Below, one piece after another: positions 32,081 to 41,382 of a stretch of DNA of 64,000 nt. Position 1 is the first letter of the stretch. Each line of letters opens with the position of its first letter. The stretch lies in the NCBI RefSeq assembly GCF_048403405.1, contig NZ_CP183129.1. One strand, written 5' to 3'. The position numbers and the translations under genes were made by a program. The notes beneath the pieces are model-generated. The model was not told the DNA's origin, did no database searches, and saw nothing but the letters and a program-made list of their open reading frames with translations. Source of the stretch: Escherichia coli. Its GTDB lineage: Bacteria; Pseudomonadota; Gammaproteobacteria; Enterobacterales; Enterobacteriaceae.

Positions 32081-32367
32081 CGAGAATGACTGAAACTGAT
32101 CTACTAAAAATAATTCGCCGCATTACCGGAATCAGTCAGCAGCCTGACGAACAGGCTACACAGCCGGACAGCGTGATAGCCGAAAATTACGCGCGTGTGG
32201 TGGCTGAGGTGATGCGCCGTGACGGTATTGAGCTTAACGGCGTGGATATGCGCAACATACGAACCAGAGTCCTTGAGTTGCTGGCATACCGTCGCCGTTC
32301 TCAACAACGGAGGGAGAGCGCGAAAAATACTTACCAGTGGAAGAAGCCGGAACGACTGCGGCGGTAA
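32077..32367 (+). CDS. hypothetical protein (96 aa) coupled to terL
   Basis: Its start overlaps the terL stop (ATGA). Basic C-terminus. No family recognised. Confidence 0.45.
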   Translation: MTRMTETDLLKIIRRITGISQQPDEQATQPDSVIAENYARVVAEVMRRDGIELNGVDMRNIRTRVLELLAYRRRSQQRRESAKNTYQWKKPERLRR

Positions 32368-32432
32368 CTTGCTGATATTCCCGATAACGCAAAATTGCGT
32401 TGGCTGGCATAGTGCAAATTTGCACGATGACC
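32364..32432 (+). repeat. unit 1 of a paralogous ~70-nt element (TGATATTCCCGA ... GTTGGCTGG ... perfect palindrome)
   Basis: Shares GTAACT, TGATATTCCCGA and GTTGGCTGG at identical 26-nt spacing with unit 2. Contains ACGCAAaaTTGCGT and the perfect 14-bp palindrome GTGCAAATTTGCAC (32412-32425). Confidence 0.6.
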
Positions 32433-32667
32433 TAACCCATTGACTTTTCTTCAATCCTCAATTTTGAGGAGGCCGGAAGATAAAAAACTGTCAAAACTTG
32501 TCATGCAAAACGTTACCAGCACGGCTATTGATTTATTCGGCCCCTGCAACTGCTCCCAGAATGGTGGGGATCTGAAATCCGACCCTGAAAAAGTGCGCAA
32601 AAGTGGTACGCAAAAATTAGCGTCCAGCCACAGCCACCAGCTAGACAGAACGCCCAGAGCATTGTCA

Positions 32668-32740
32668 GTAACTGGTTGATATTCCCGACAGCCCCAAAAT
32701 GGGTTGGCTGGTGGGTGAGTTGCAGATCTGCAACTCGACC
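32668..32740 (+). repeat. unit 2 of the paralogous element
   Basis: Has the same conserved blocks as unit 1 and contains the perfect 16-bp palindrome GTTGCAGATCTGCAAC (32719-32734). Confidence 0.6.
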
Positions 32741-33058
32741 ATGAAACTACGGAAACTACCCGTAGTTTGGGTAGTAAGAGTAACACCCAGATTCTGGGGC
32801 TTACTCGCGATACCCAAATAAAGGGTATCGGTGGACGAAATATTATTTCTCATATGTGAGCACCGAAGGCGGAATTCCGCCCTCGGTTATCTATCATGCA
32901 CAGGGAGAAGCAGGGCAAAACTCTTGCCATGGCGTCTTCCGGACCGCTCACCACACCGTTTTTATCCCCATTAAAAATGAAAAAACACATCACTGCGGAG
33001 ACATAACCACTGGCAGGTATCTATTCTATTTATTATTGTTCGGTTTCGTTCGTGCTTA

Positions 33059-33080
33059 TGTGCAGTCAGTGGTGCAGTCA
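33059..33080 (+). repeat. second copy of the 22-nt TGTGCAGTCAGTGGTGCAGTCA repeat
   Basis: Identical to 18008-18029. It lies 5 nt inside the right-hand 80-bp att repeat. Confidence 0.55.
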
Positions 33081-33085
33081 TTTTA

Positions 33086-33165
33086 ATAAAAAAGGCGCTT
33101 CCCCATGCCGAGTAGCGCCTTTTTAATCAAGCATTTAGCTAACCTGAATTAGTTCATGCCGTATT
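33086..33165. repeat. attR: 80-bp direct repeat overlapping the 3' end of the intact fis gene and its terminator
   Basis: Identical to 17801-17880. Positions 33149-33165 are the last five sense codons plus the stop codon of fis. Confidence 0.9.
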
Positions 33166-33445
33166 TTTTCAATTTTTTACGCAGCGTACCACGGTTGATG
33201 CCCATCATCAGCGCAGCACGGGTCTGGTTACCACGGGTGTATTGCATCACCATGTCCAACAGGGGCTGTTCTACTTCAGCCAGTACCAGCTCATAGAGGT
33301 CATTCACATCCTGACCGTTCAGTTGAGCAAAATAGTTCTTCAGTGCCTGTTTAACCGAGTCACGCAGGGGTTTTTGGGTTACCTGATCCTGAGAGTTAAC
33401 GGTAGAAACGGTCAGTACGTCAGAATTTACGCGTTGTTCGAACAT
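33149..33445 (-). CDS. fis: nucleoid-associated global regulator Fis
   Basis: 98 aa, [98 protein letters not shown], matches my recollection of E. coli Fis. Confidence 0.98.
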
Positions 33446-33470
33446 AGTTCTGTCAGCTCTTTATTTCTGT

Positions 33471-34436
33471 TTACGCAAAATTTTCGAAGTATGCCTCCAA
33501 CGCCTCCAGCTGTTCGCTGGCATCCTCAATGGCGTTGAATGTGCGCCGAAACTGGTCATTTGGAGCGTGTTCCTGGAGATACCAGGAAACGTGTTTACGT
33601 GCAATTCGGTACCCTTTTGCCGGACCATAAAAGTCATGCAGTTCCCGAACGTGCGCGCAAAGCAAGCGCTTAACCTCTGCCAAAGGCAGCGGGGGCAGCA
33701 ACTCCCCAGTGTCCAGATAATGCTGGATTTCCCGAAAGATCCAGGGTCTTCCCTGAGCTGCGCGGCCTATCATCAGGGCATCCGCCCCTGTATAGTCGAG
33801 CACAGCTCTGGCTTTAAGCGGGTCAGTAATGTCGCCATTCGCGATAACCGGAATGGAAACTTTCTGCTTAACTGCCCGAATACTGTCGTACTCAGCTTCT
33901 CCATTGAACAAACAGGCGCGTGTACGGCCATGAATGGTCAGAGCCTGAATGCCACAGTCTTCAGCCAGTTGGGCAATCTCTTCGCAGTTACGGTGTTCCG
34001 GTGCCCAGCCGGTGCGAATCTTCAGGGTAACAGGAACGTCCACTGCATTGACGACCTCGGTAAGGATCGATTTAACGACATCCGGGTACTGCAAGAGGGC
34101 TGAACCTGCGAGCTTGCGATTCACTTTTTTAGCCGGGCAACCCATATTGATATCAATAATCTGGGCACCGCTTTCCACGTTAATACGTGCTGCATCTGCC
34201 ATTTCTTTCGGATCGCTACCAGCAATTTGCACGGTGCGAATACCGGGTTCATCAATGTGCACCATCCGTAAACGAGATTTGTCGCTTTCCCAAACCTGAG
34301 GGTTAGAAGACATCATCTCGGATACTGTCAATCCGGCTCCCATCTCGTAGCACAACGTCCGAAAAGGTCTGTCTGTAATGCCAGCCATGGGCGCTGCGAT
34401 CAGGCGATTTCTGAGCTGATATTGTCCGATGCGCAT
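33471..34436 (-). CDS. dusB: tRNA-dihydrouridine synthase B
   Basis: 321 aa with a Dus-family TIM-barrel sequence; lies upstream of fis in the same operon. Confidence 0.95.
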   Translation of the reverse strand: MRIGQYQLRNRLIAAPMAGITDRPFRTLCYEMGAGLTVSEMMSSNPQVWESDKSRLRMVHIDEPGIRTVQIAGSDPKEMADAARINVESGAQIIDINMGCPAKKVNRKLAGSALLQYPDVVKSILTEVVNAVDVPVTLKIRTGWAPEHRNCEEIAQLAEDCGIQALTIHGRTRACLFNGEAEYDSIRAVKQKVSIPVIANGDITDPLKARAVLDYTGADALMIGRAAQGRPWIFREIQHYLDTGELLPPLPLAEVKRLLCAHVRELHDFYGPAKGYRIARKHVSWYLQEHAPNDQFRRTFNAIEDASEQLEALEAYFENFA

Positions 34437-34475
34437 GAGTTAAGAAATGACCATACTGTGACTGCAAGGCGGCGT

Positions 34476-34503
34476 ATATTACGCATTTTTTGCACGAGAT
34501 GAA
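34476..34503 (-). promoter_or_regulatory. dusB-fis promoter (-35 TTCATC, -10 TAATAT, GC-rich discriminator)
   Basis: The minus strand reads TTCATCTCGTGCAAAAAATGCGTAATATACGCCGCC, matching the described fis P as I recall it. Confidence 0.6.
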
Positions 34504-34763
34504 AGGCCAAACTTTGACCAATCCTCTGAGATGGATCAAAGAATTGCATTTAAAATGAGCGTGGCGCGATAATTACTCATAAAAATCATCATATTAGAAA
34601 ATGTTGACTAAAATTTACACTCCAAGAAATTTGAGTAAGTTCTCAATTTTTCTTTATGAATGAAAATTTTGGCACGCAAATTTGCGTAAATAATCAGCAA
34701 ATTTACGTGCCTTTTGTGAGCTTGCTCGCACTTCGGCTTGGTCACCTTACGGTGATGCGAAGG

Positions 34764-35645
34764 TTAATTCTTACGACCGGTAATGCGGCACCACTCTTCT
34801 TTTTCCACGACCGGGTCCAGTGCGAAGCTGTCGGCATAAGCTTCGCAAACGCTCTCTGCCTGGCTTGCCAGAATACCGGAAAGGCCCAGCAAACCGCCTG
34901 AAACCGGCAGGACGCTGATTAACGGTGCCAGTTCACGTAATGGGCCTGCAAGGATGTTAGCGACCACCACGTCGGCTTTCATTTCTTCTGGCTGATCTTT
35001 CGGTAAGTAGAGTTCCAGACGGTCAGAGACGCCATTACGTTCCGCGTTGTCGCGGCTGGCCTGAATCGCCTGCGGATCGATATCAATACCAATGGCTTTT
35101 GCTGCACCCAGTTTCAGCGCCGCGATAGCCAGAATGCCGGAACCACAGCCAAAGTCGATGACTGTTTTACCGGTTAAATCGAGGCTGTCGAGCCATTGCA
35201 GGCACAGAGAGGTAGTTGGATGGGTACCCGTACCAAACGCCAGCCCTGGGTCTAACATTACGTTGACGGCGTTTTCGTCCGGCACATCACGCCAGCTTGG
35301 GCAGATCCACAGTCGTTCACCAAAGCGCATCGGGTGGAAATTATCCATCCATTCGCGCTCCCAGTCTTTATCTTCCAGTTGTTCGATTTTATGCGCGAAG
35401 ACTGCGCCGAGCAGCGGATGGTTTTCCAGAATCGCCACCACGTCGTTCATATCGGTTTCAGCGTCGAACAGACCAATCACATCGGTGTCGCCCCACAGGC
35501 GCGTTTCGCCCGGCAGCGGCTCAAACACAGGCGTATCGTGGGTATCCTGAAAAGTGATAGAAACGGCACCCGCTTCCATCAGCGCATCGCTAAGATCTTC
35601 CGCGTTCGCGCCGGTGGTGTTCAGTTTCAGTTGGATCCAAGGCAT
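34764..35645 (-). CDS. prmA: ribosomal protein L11 methyltransferase
   Basis: 293 aa with the AdoMet motif [15 protein letters not shown]; synteny. Confidence 0.95.
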   Translation of the reverse strand: MPWIQLKLNTTGANAEDLSDALMEAGAVSITFQDTHDTPVFEPLPGETRLWGDTDVIGLFDAETDMNDVVAILENHPLLGAVFAHKIEQLEDKDWEREWMDNFHPMRFGERLWICPSWRDVPDENAVNVMLDPGLAFGTGTHPTTSLCLQWLDSLDLTGKTVIDFGCGSGILAIAALKLGAAKAIGIDIDPQAIQASRDNAERNGVSDRLELYLPKDQPEEMKADVVVANILAGPLRELAPLISVLPVSGGLLGLSGILASQAESVCEAYADSFALDPVVEKEEWCRITGRKN

Positions 35646-35656
35646 GGCAAAACTCT

Positions 35657-37108
35657 TTATTTATCAGTAGTCAAAACGGTAGCTTGCGGGACGGATGTAC
35701 CGAAACGGTTTCCGACCAGGAAAGCCAGCAAACTTAGTAGTAACGAGGGCACGATAGGGTGGAAGCCCAGGTACTGAATATTCAGCGTCGCGAGTACGGC
35801 ATACAGCACGCCGCCAACGATCATCGCACTTAGCGCGCCTTTGGCGTTGGCGCGTTCCCAGTAAAGACCCAGCACCAGCGGCCACAGGAAAACGGCTTCC
35901 AGCCCACCGAAGGCCAGCAAATTCAGCCAGATGATCATTTCTGGCGGCTTCCAGGCGGCAAGCAGCAGCAACGCACCGAGAACTAACGTAATTACCGCCG
36001 ACATCCGCTTCAGACGCGTCTCGTTTTGCATTTGATCCGGACGGATATTCAAATAGAGATCTTTAATGATCGTAGCGGAACTTTGCAGCAACTGGGCATT
36101 GATCGTCGACATGATCGCAGCCATAGGTGCAGCCAGGAAGATCCCGGCAGCAAACGGTGGCAACACTTTTACCATTAACGTCGGGATCACCAGGTCCGGT
36201 ACGGTGAGATCGGGGATCACCGCCCGACCTAACGCTCCGGCCAGGTGCATACCGAACATCAGGATTGCGACCACAATCGTACCGATGATGATCCCCCGAT
36301 GTACGGCTTTGCTGTCTTTATAAGAGATACAGCGCACCGCAGTATGCGGCAGGCCAATCACGCCAAAACACACCAGCACCCAGAACGACGTCATAAACGC
36401 AGGCGACAGAATATCGTCAGCGCCTTGTGGCGTAACCAGTTGCGGATCGATGGTTTGCAGCGTCTCTACCGCATTGCTTAAGCCGCCAGCAGCATGGACC
36501 ACGCCAATAAGCAGCACAATGGTGCCAATCAGCATCACCAGCCCTTGCATGGTGTCGTTCAGCACGCTGGCGCGAAAGCCACCAAAGGCGGTGTAGAGCG
36601 CAATGCTGATGCCAAAAATCAGCAAACCTGTTTCATAAGGAATACCCGCCGCAGTTTCCAGCAGGCGCGCACCGCCGATAAACTGCACGGCCATCGCACC
36701 AACGAACGCAACCAGCAAACTCAAACTCGCCAGCCACACCAGCAGACGACTCTGGTAGCGGGCAAATAGCATATCGTTCAGCGTCACCGCATTGTAGCGG
36801 CGCGCAAGAATCGCGAACTTCTTGCCGAGAATACCGAGCGAAAGCCAGACCGCAGGAAGCTGAATCATCGCCAGCAATACCCAACCCAGGCCGTATTTAT
36901 AAGCAGCGCCAGGCCCGCCGATAAACGAACTGGCACTGATATAGGTCGCGGTGAGCGTCATCGCTAGCACAATACCGCCCATAGAGCGGCTACCGAGGAA
37001 ATACTCATTAAGGAAGGTGCCGGTGCTCCGTTTACGCATCGCATAAACAGAGATACCGAACACCACCACCAGATAGGCGACCAGCGGTAGAATCACTTCA
37101 AGCTGCAT
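35657..37108 (-). CDS. panF: sodium/pantothenate symporter
   Basis: 483 aa from [21 protein letters not shown]-family membrane protein; overlaps the end of yhdT. Confidence 0.93.
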   Translation of the reverse strand: MQLEVILPLVAYLVVVFGISVYAMRKRSTGTFLNEYFLGSRSMGGIVLAMTLTATYISASSFIGGPGAAYKYGLGWVLLAMIQLPAVWLSLGILGKKFAILARRYNAVTLNDMLFARYQSRLLVWLASLSLLVAFVGAMAVQFIGGARLLETAAGIPYETGLLIFGISIALYTAFGGFRASVLNDTMQGLVMLIGTIVLLIGVVHAAGGLSNAVETLQTIDPQLVTPQGADDILSPAFMTSFWVLVCFGVIGLPHTAVRCISYKDSKAVHRGIIIGTIVVAILMFGMHLAGALGRAVIPDLTVPDLVIPTLMVKVLPPFAAGIFLAAPMAAIMSTINAQLLQSSATIIKDLYLNIRPDQMQNETRLKRMSAVITLVLGALLLLAAWKPPEMIIWLNLLAFGGLEAVFLWPLVLGLYWERANAKGALSAMIVGGVLYAVLATLNIQYLGFHPIVPSLLLSLLAFLVGNRFGTSVPQATVLTTDK

Positions 37109-37340
37109 CGTCATCCTCCAGTGGGATATCGCGATAGATAAATTTCACCATCGCCCAGCACAGTCCAATAAACAGCAGCGGCGTCAGGATGCAGGCCATC
37201 TCAAACCAGCGCGGAAAGCCGGTAAAACCGGGGGCAACGCCAGGTAAGTAAGCGGCTACTAACCATACCGCCAGATACAAAAGGGTCAGCCCCAGCGCCC
37301 AGCGCGCCTCTTTATGGGCCTGAACAAAACGAGTGTCCAT
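37098..37340 (-). CDS. yhdT: small membrane protein (DUF997)
   Basis: 80 aa with two TM segments; lies upstream of and overlaps panF, as in K-12. Confidence 0.8.
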   Translation of the reverse strand: MDTRFVQAHKEARWALGLTLLYLAVWLVAAYLPGVAPGFTGFPRWFEMACILTPLLFIGLCWAMVKFIYRDIPLEDDDAA

Positions 37341-37404
37341 TTTTTGTCCCTGATGGGTGAAGAAAGCGGGGATTGTACCTTATGGGGGTTGTCGATCCCC
37401 AGTA

Positions 37405-37435
37405 ATAAAAAAGGCCGGAAAATCCGGCCTTTTGA
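37405..37435 (-). terminator. rho-independent terminator after accC
   Basis: AAGGCCGGA-loop-TCCGGCCTT with flanking A/T runs. Confidence 0.7.
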
Positions 37436-37448
37436 CGCTTTTGCAGTC

Positions 37449-38798
37449 TTATTTTTCCTGAAGACCGAGTTTTTTCTCCAGATAGTGGATATTAGTACCA
37501 CCATGCTGGAAGTTCTCGTCATTCATGATGCGGATCTGTAGATCAACGTTGGTTTTGATACCGTCGATGATCAGCTCCTGCAGCGCATTCTTCATGCGGG
37601 CAATCGCCACGTCACGGTTTTCACCGTAGCAAATCAGCTTACCGATCATTGAGTCATAGTACGGCGGTACGGTGTAGCCCGCGTAGATATGAGACTCCCA
37701 ACGTACGCCAAAACCGCCAGGTGCGTGGAAACGGGTAATTTTGCCCGGACTTGGCAGGAAGGTGTTCGGATCTTCGGCGTTGATACGACATTCCACCGCA
37801 TGGCCGCGAACGTGAACTTCTTCTTGCTTGATCGACAGCGGTTGACCAGCAGCGATACGCAGCTGTTCTTTGATCAGGTCAACGCCGGTGATCATTTCAG
37901 TAACCGGGTGTTCTACCTGAATACGGGTGTTCATTTCGATGAAATAGAACTCGCCGTTTTCGAACAGGAACTCGAAAGTACCCGCACCGCGATAGCCGAT
38001 ATCAATACATGCTTTAGCGCAACGTTCGCCGATGTAGCGACGCAGTTCCGGGGTAATGCCTGGTGCTGGTGCTTCTTCGACCACTTTCTGGTGGCGGCGC
38101 TGCATGGAGCAGTCACGTTCCGCCAGATAGATAGCGTTGCCCTGACCGTCAGCCAGTACCTGAATCTCGACGTGGCGAGGATTTTCCAGGTATTTCTCCA
38201 TGTAAACCATATCGTTGCTGAAAGCAGCTTTCGCTTCCGCACGGGTCATGGAGATGGATTGTGCCAGTTCAGCGTCGCCGCGCACTACGCGCATACCGCG
38301 ACCGCCGCCGCCGCCGGAGGCTTTGATAATCACCGGATAACCAATGCGTTTAGCAATGGCGCGGTTTTTATCCATATCGTCGCCCAGCGGGCCGTCAGAA
38401 CCCGGTACGCAAGGAACACCCGCTTTTTTCATCGCCGCGATTGCGGATACTTTGTCGCCCATCAGGCGAATGGTTTCTGCTTTCGGGCCGATGAAGATAA
38501 AGCCGGAGCGTTCAACCTGCTCGGCAAAATTGGCGTTCTCGGAGAGGAAGCCGTAACCCGGATGGATTGCTACTGCGCCGGTGATTTCAGCGGCGCTGAT
38601 GATTGCCGGGATGTTCAGATAACTTTTTACTGACGGAGCAGGGCCGATACAGACCGTTTCATCTGCCAGTAATACGTGTTTTAGATCGCGATCCGCGCTG
38701 GAGTGCACAGCGACAGTCTTGATGCCCAGTTCTTTACAGGCACGAAGAATACGCAATGCAATCTCGCCGCGGTTGGCAATAACAATTTTATCCAGCAT
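37449..38798 (-). CDS. accC: biotin carboxylase subunit of acetyl-CoA carboxylase
   Basis: 449 aa from [33 protein letters not shown]. The ORF-track 5' extension was rejected. Confidence 0.97.
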   Translation of the reverse strand: MLDKIVIANRGEIALRILRACKELGIKTVAVHSSADRDLKHVLLADETVCIGPAPSVKSYLNIPAIISAAEITGAVAIHPGYGFLSENANFAEQVERSGFIFIGPKAETIRLMGDKVSAIAAMKKAGVPCVPGSDGPLGDDMDKNRAIAKRIGYPVIIKASGGGGGRGMRVVRGDAELAQSISMTRAEAKAAFSNDMVYMEKYLENPRHVEIQVLADGQGNAIYLAERDCSMQRRHQKVVEEAPAPGITPELRRYIGERCAKACIDIGYRGAGTFEFLFENGEFYFIEMNTRIQVEHPVTEMITGVDLIKEQLRIAAGQPLSIKQEEVHVRGHAVECRINAEDPNTFLPSPGKITRFHAPGGFGVRWESHIYAGYTVPPYYDSMIGKLICYGENRDVAIARMKNALQELIIDGIKTNVDLQIRIMNDENFQHGGTNIHYLEKKLGLQEK

Positions 38799-38808
38799 GT
38801 TCGCCTCG

Positions 38809-39279
38809 TTACTCGATGACGACCAGCGGCTCGTCAAATTCTACCGGTTGTCCACTTTCGACCAGAATTGCTTTCACGGTACCGGATTTGTCCGCTTCGA
38901 TCTGGTTCATCATTTTCATGGCTTCAACGATGCACAGGGTATCGCCCACGTTGACTTTCTGACCCACTTCGATGAACGCTTTCGCGTCCGGGCTTGGGGT
39001 GCGGTAGAAAGTACCAACCATCGGGGAACGTACGATGTGACCACTGATTTCCGCTGCTGCTGGCGCTTCCATGGAAGGAACGGTCGCCGGAGCGGCTGCG
39101 TTAGATTGAGCTGGCTGCTGCATCATTGGTGCAGCGTAAGCTTGTTGCATCACAGGGAAACTTGCGGCAGGAGCTGCACGGCTGATGCGTACTGACTCTT
39201 CGCCTTCGGAGATTTCCAGTTCGGAGATGCCTGATTCTTCAACCAGCTCGATCAGTTTTTTAATCTTACGAATATCCAT
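38809..39279 (-). CDS. accB: biotin carboxyl carrier protein
   Basis: 156 aa with an Ala/Pro-rich linker and the biotinylation motif EAMKMMN. Confidence 0.97.
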
Positions 39280-40256
39280 GAGTGGGTTCCGTACTCTTTG
39301 TTTAGTGTGATTGTGACAGGCGTTTCACCGCCGTCTGTAAAGCGTATGCCCCGACAGCTGTATGCATAGCGATAAATTCCAGCAGGCCGGGACGCCGGTC
39401 TATTTTGCCCCAGAGTGTCAATGTTAGACTTGACGGACATTGTGCAGCGATCTGCTGCTATCCTCCGGCAAAAAACAAAATATACCTTCGTTGCGCCAAT
39501 GTCACCTTTTCCGCAGCGCAAAAACTGCGTCAGGGAGGACGAGGTCGCACATTATAACGATTTCGTAGCAATTGGCAGCTAAATACTGGTCTTATCAGGG
39601 AAGATAATCAACAGCTAACATGTAAATAACCTTCAACACCGTGTAATTTGCAACAAGCCGCACAATTCACGAAATTAGCGCCATCATCGACGGAACTTCT
39701 TATAACGTAAGGCTAAAAGCTGTAAAGCCAGCCCTGCGAAGATGAGGGGCTGTAATGAGATAATCTTCACAGACCACAAATAATGTAGGGATGCCAGGAT
39801 CGCGACAAGATAGACGACATTACGCAGCGGTTGCTGAGGATTACGCAATTTTCACTGTATCGTCTGGATAGATGTGAATGCTAAAGCACGCAAAATCAAC
39901 CGTCTGACAATGCTCAGCATCAAATACGTTCGAGTGGTTAATTTGTAGGCAAATAAAATCAGATTATTCACCCCATGGTACCAGAAATCAGTAACAGGTT
40001 AAGCGTAGCGTCGCCCAGGCAAAGCACCATAAACCTAACAGGCGACGGAGGCGTATCAATAATGGCTGTTTAGTGGAGTAACAGTGCGCATCAATTTATG
40101 GTCAGTCGAAATCATGACGTTCCAGTTTGGATGATGTTGTACAACTTCATGACCAAGATGTTCGACGAAAGCTGTCCGGCTAACCGCTTTTCCCGTTAAC
40201 CGATTGAATAATGATTTCAAAATGAGTTCCCTCTCTTATTAATCCTTGCTAAATGG

Positions 40257-41231
40257 TTAGTTAACCTTCACCAGCGTGCGACCCTGGATCTGGTTATTAA
40301 TGATGGCCTCGGCAAACTTCGGTGCCTCTGCCAGAGATATCTCTTGTGCCGCCTGGGTATAGAATGATTCCGGTAAATCGGCGACCAATCGCTGCCAGGC
40401 TTGTGCGCGGCGTGTTGGTGGCGTCATCACTGAATCCACCCCCTGTAAACGGACATTACGCAGAATAAATGGCATGACCGTGGTCGGCAGAGTGAAACCA
40501 CCCGCCAGACCACAGGCCGCCACGCAGCCGCCGTAATTCATTTGCGCCAGCACTTTTGCCAGCACTTTGTCGCCAACGGTGTCAATTGCCCCAGCCCAGA
40601 CTTGTTTTTCCAGAGGACGGGATTCGGCAAACTCATCGCGAGGGAGAATACGGCTGGCTCCTAAACTTTTCAGATATTCATGGGTACTTTCGCGACCAGA
40701 AACGGCAACGACCTGATAACCCAACTTATGCAGCAGCGCCACGGCGGTACTGCCGACGCCACCACTGGCACCCGTCACGACAATCTCCCCATCCTGCGGG
40801 CGAACACCGGCATCTTCCAGCGCCATCACACACAGCATGGCGGTAAAACCGGCAGTACCGATAATCATTGCTTTACGCGCGTCCAGCCCTTGCGGCATGG
40901 CAACCAGCCAGTCACCTTTCACTCGCGCCTGCTCCGCCAGCCCCCCCCAGTGGTTTTCACCAACGCCCCAGCCAGTGAGTAACACCTCCTGACCGGCATG
41001 AAAACGCGGATCTTCGCTGGTGCGTACAGTTCCGGCAAAATCGATCCCAGGAATCATCGGAAAATTACGGATGATTTTTCCCTTACCGGTAATTGCCAGC
41101 GCATCTTTGTAGTTCAGGCTCGACCAATGAACATCAACCGTGACATCGCCCTCCGGCAGGCAACTTTCGTCCAGAGTCTTTACCGATGCGAGAGTTTTGC
41201 CGTCCTGCTGTTCTAAAAGTAACGCCTGCAT
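40257..41231 (-). CDS. acuI: NADPH-dependent acrylyl-CoA reductase (MDR/zinc-less quinone oxidoreductase family)
   Basis: 324 aa with the nucleotide-binding motif VTGASGGVGS; K-12 yhdH position. Confidence 0.9.
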   Translation of the reverse strand: MQALLLEQQDGKTLASVKTLDESCLPEGDVTVDVHWSSLNYKDALAITGKGKIIRNFPMIPGIDFAGTVRTSEDPRFHAGQEVLLTGWGVGENHWGGLAEQARVKGDWLVAMPQGLDARKAMIIGTAGFTAMLCVMALEDAGVRPQDGEIVVTGASGGVGSTAVALLHKLGYQVVAVSGRESTHEYLKSLGASRILPRDEFAESRPLEKQVWAGAIDTVGDKVLAKVLAQMNYGGCVAACGLAGGFTLPTTVMPFILRNVRLQGVDSVMTPPTRRAQAWQRLVADLPESFYTQAAQEISLAEAPKFAEAIINNQIQGRTLVKVN

Positions 41232-41382
41232 AAGTGGTCCTCATGTGCATGATGGATTGGAAAATAATTTCTGAAGACTATACTCGCTAATGGAAAAGCA
41301 AAGCCGATGAAGCGCAATAAATTGCGAGATAAATCTGATTTGCTAGTATGCCCGCTTCCTCACTATCGGAGTTAACACAAGG

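Larger units (their letters stand above)
17801..33165. mobile_element. integrated phage satellite / genomic island (cf-PICI-like), about 15.2 kb between the direct repeats
   Basis: It interrupts the K-12 yhdJ-fis junction and is flanked by 80-bp direct repeats. It has an integrase at one end, an alpA + primase/helicase + iteron ori module, and an HK97-type head/packaging module, but no tail or lysis genes. Confidence 0.9.

Noticed and set aside
32440-33086. ORFs 32440-32679 (+), 32451-32786 (-), 32665-32853 (-) and 32856-33086 (+) in the island's right arm
   Set aside because: They have no convincing SD or start context, they overlap one another, and they cut through palindromes, repeat units and the att-proximal repeat. 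Their composition is odd (Ser/Pro/Cys/His-rich). I treat them as non-coding, with low certainty.
37689-38633. 314-aa ORF antisense to accC, and similar long antisense ORFs in acrE/acrF (14788-15405, 13871-14317), mreC (44974-45594), yhdP, degQ (62578-63258) and dusB
   Set aside because: These are opposite-strand shadows of highly conserved genes with known products, and their composition is typical of antisense frames.
39280-40256. About 1 kb without a convincing gene between accB and acuI, with fragmentary reading frames (for example a ~54-codon minus-strand frame starting near 40225)
   Set aside because: As I recall, a gap of similar size exists at this position in K-12 and contains the distal accBC promoter and leader. 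The frames are short and interrupted by stops, and I could not assign them. This may be an old gene remnant, but I see nothing I can support as a feature.
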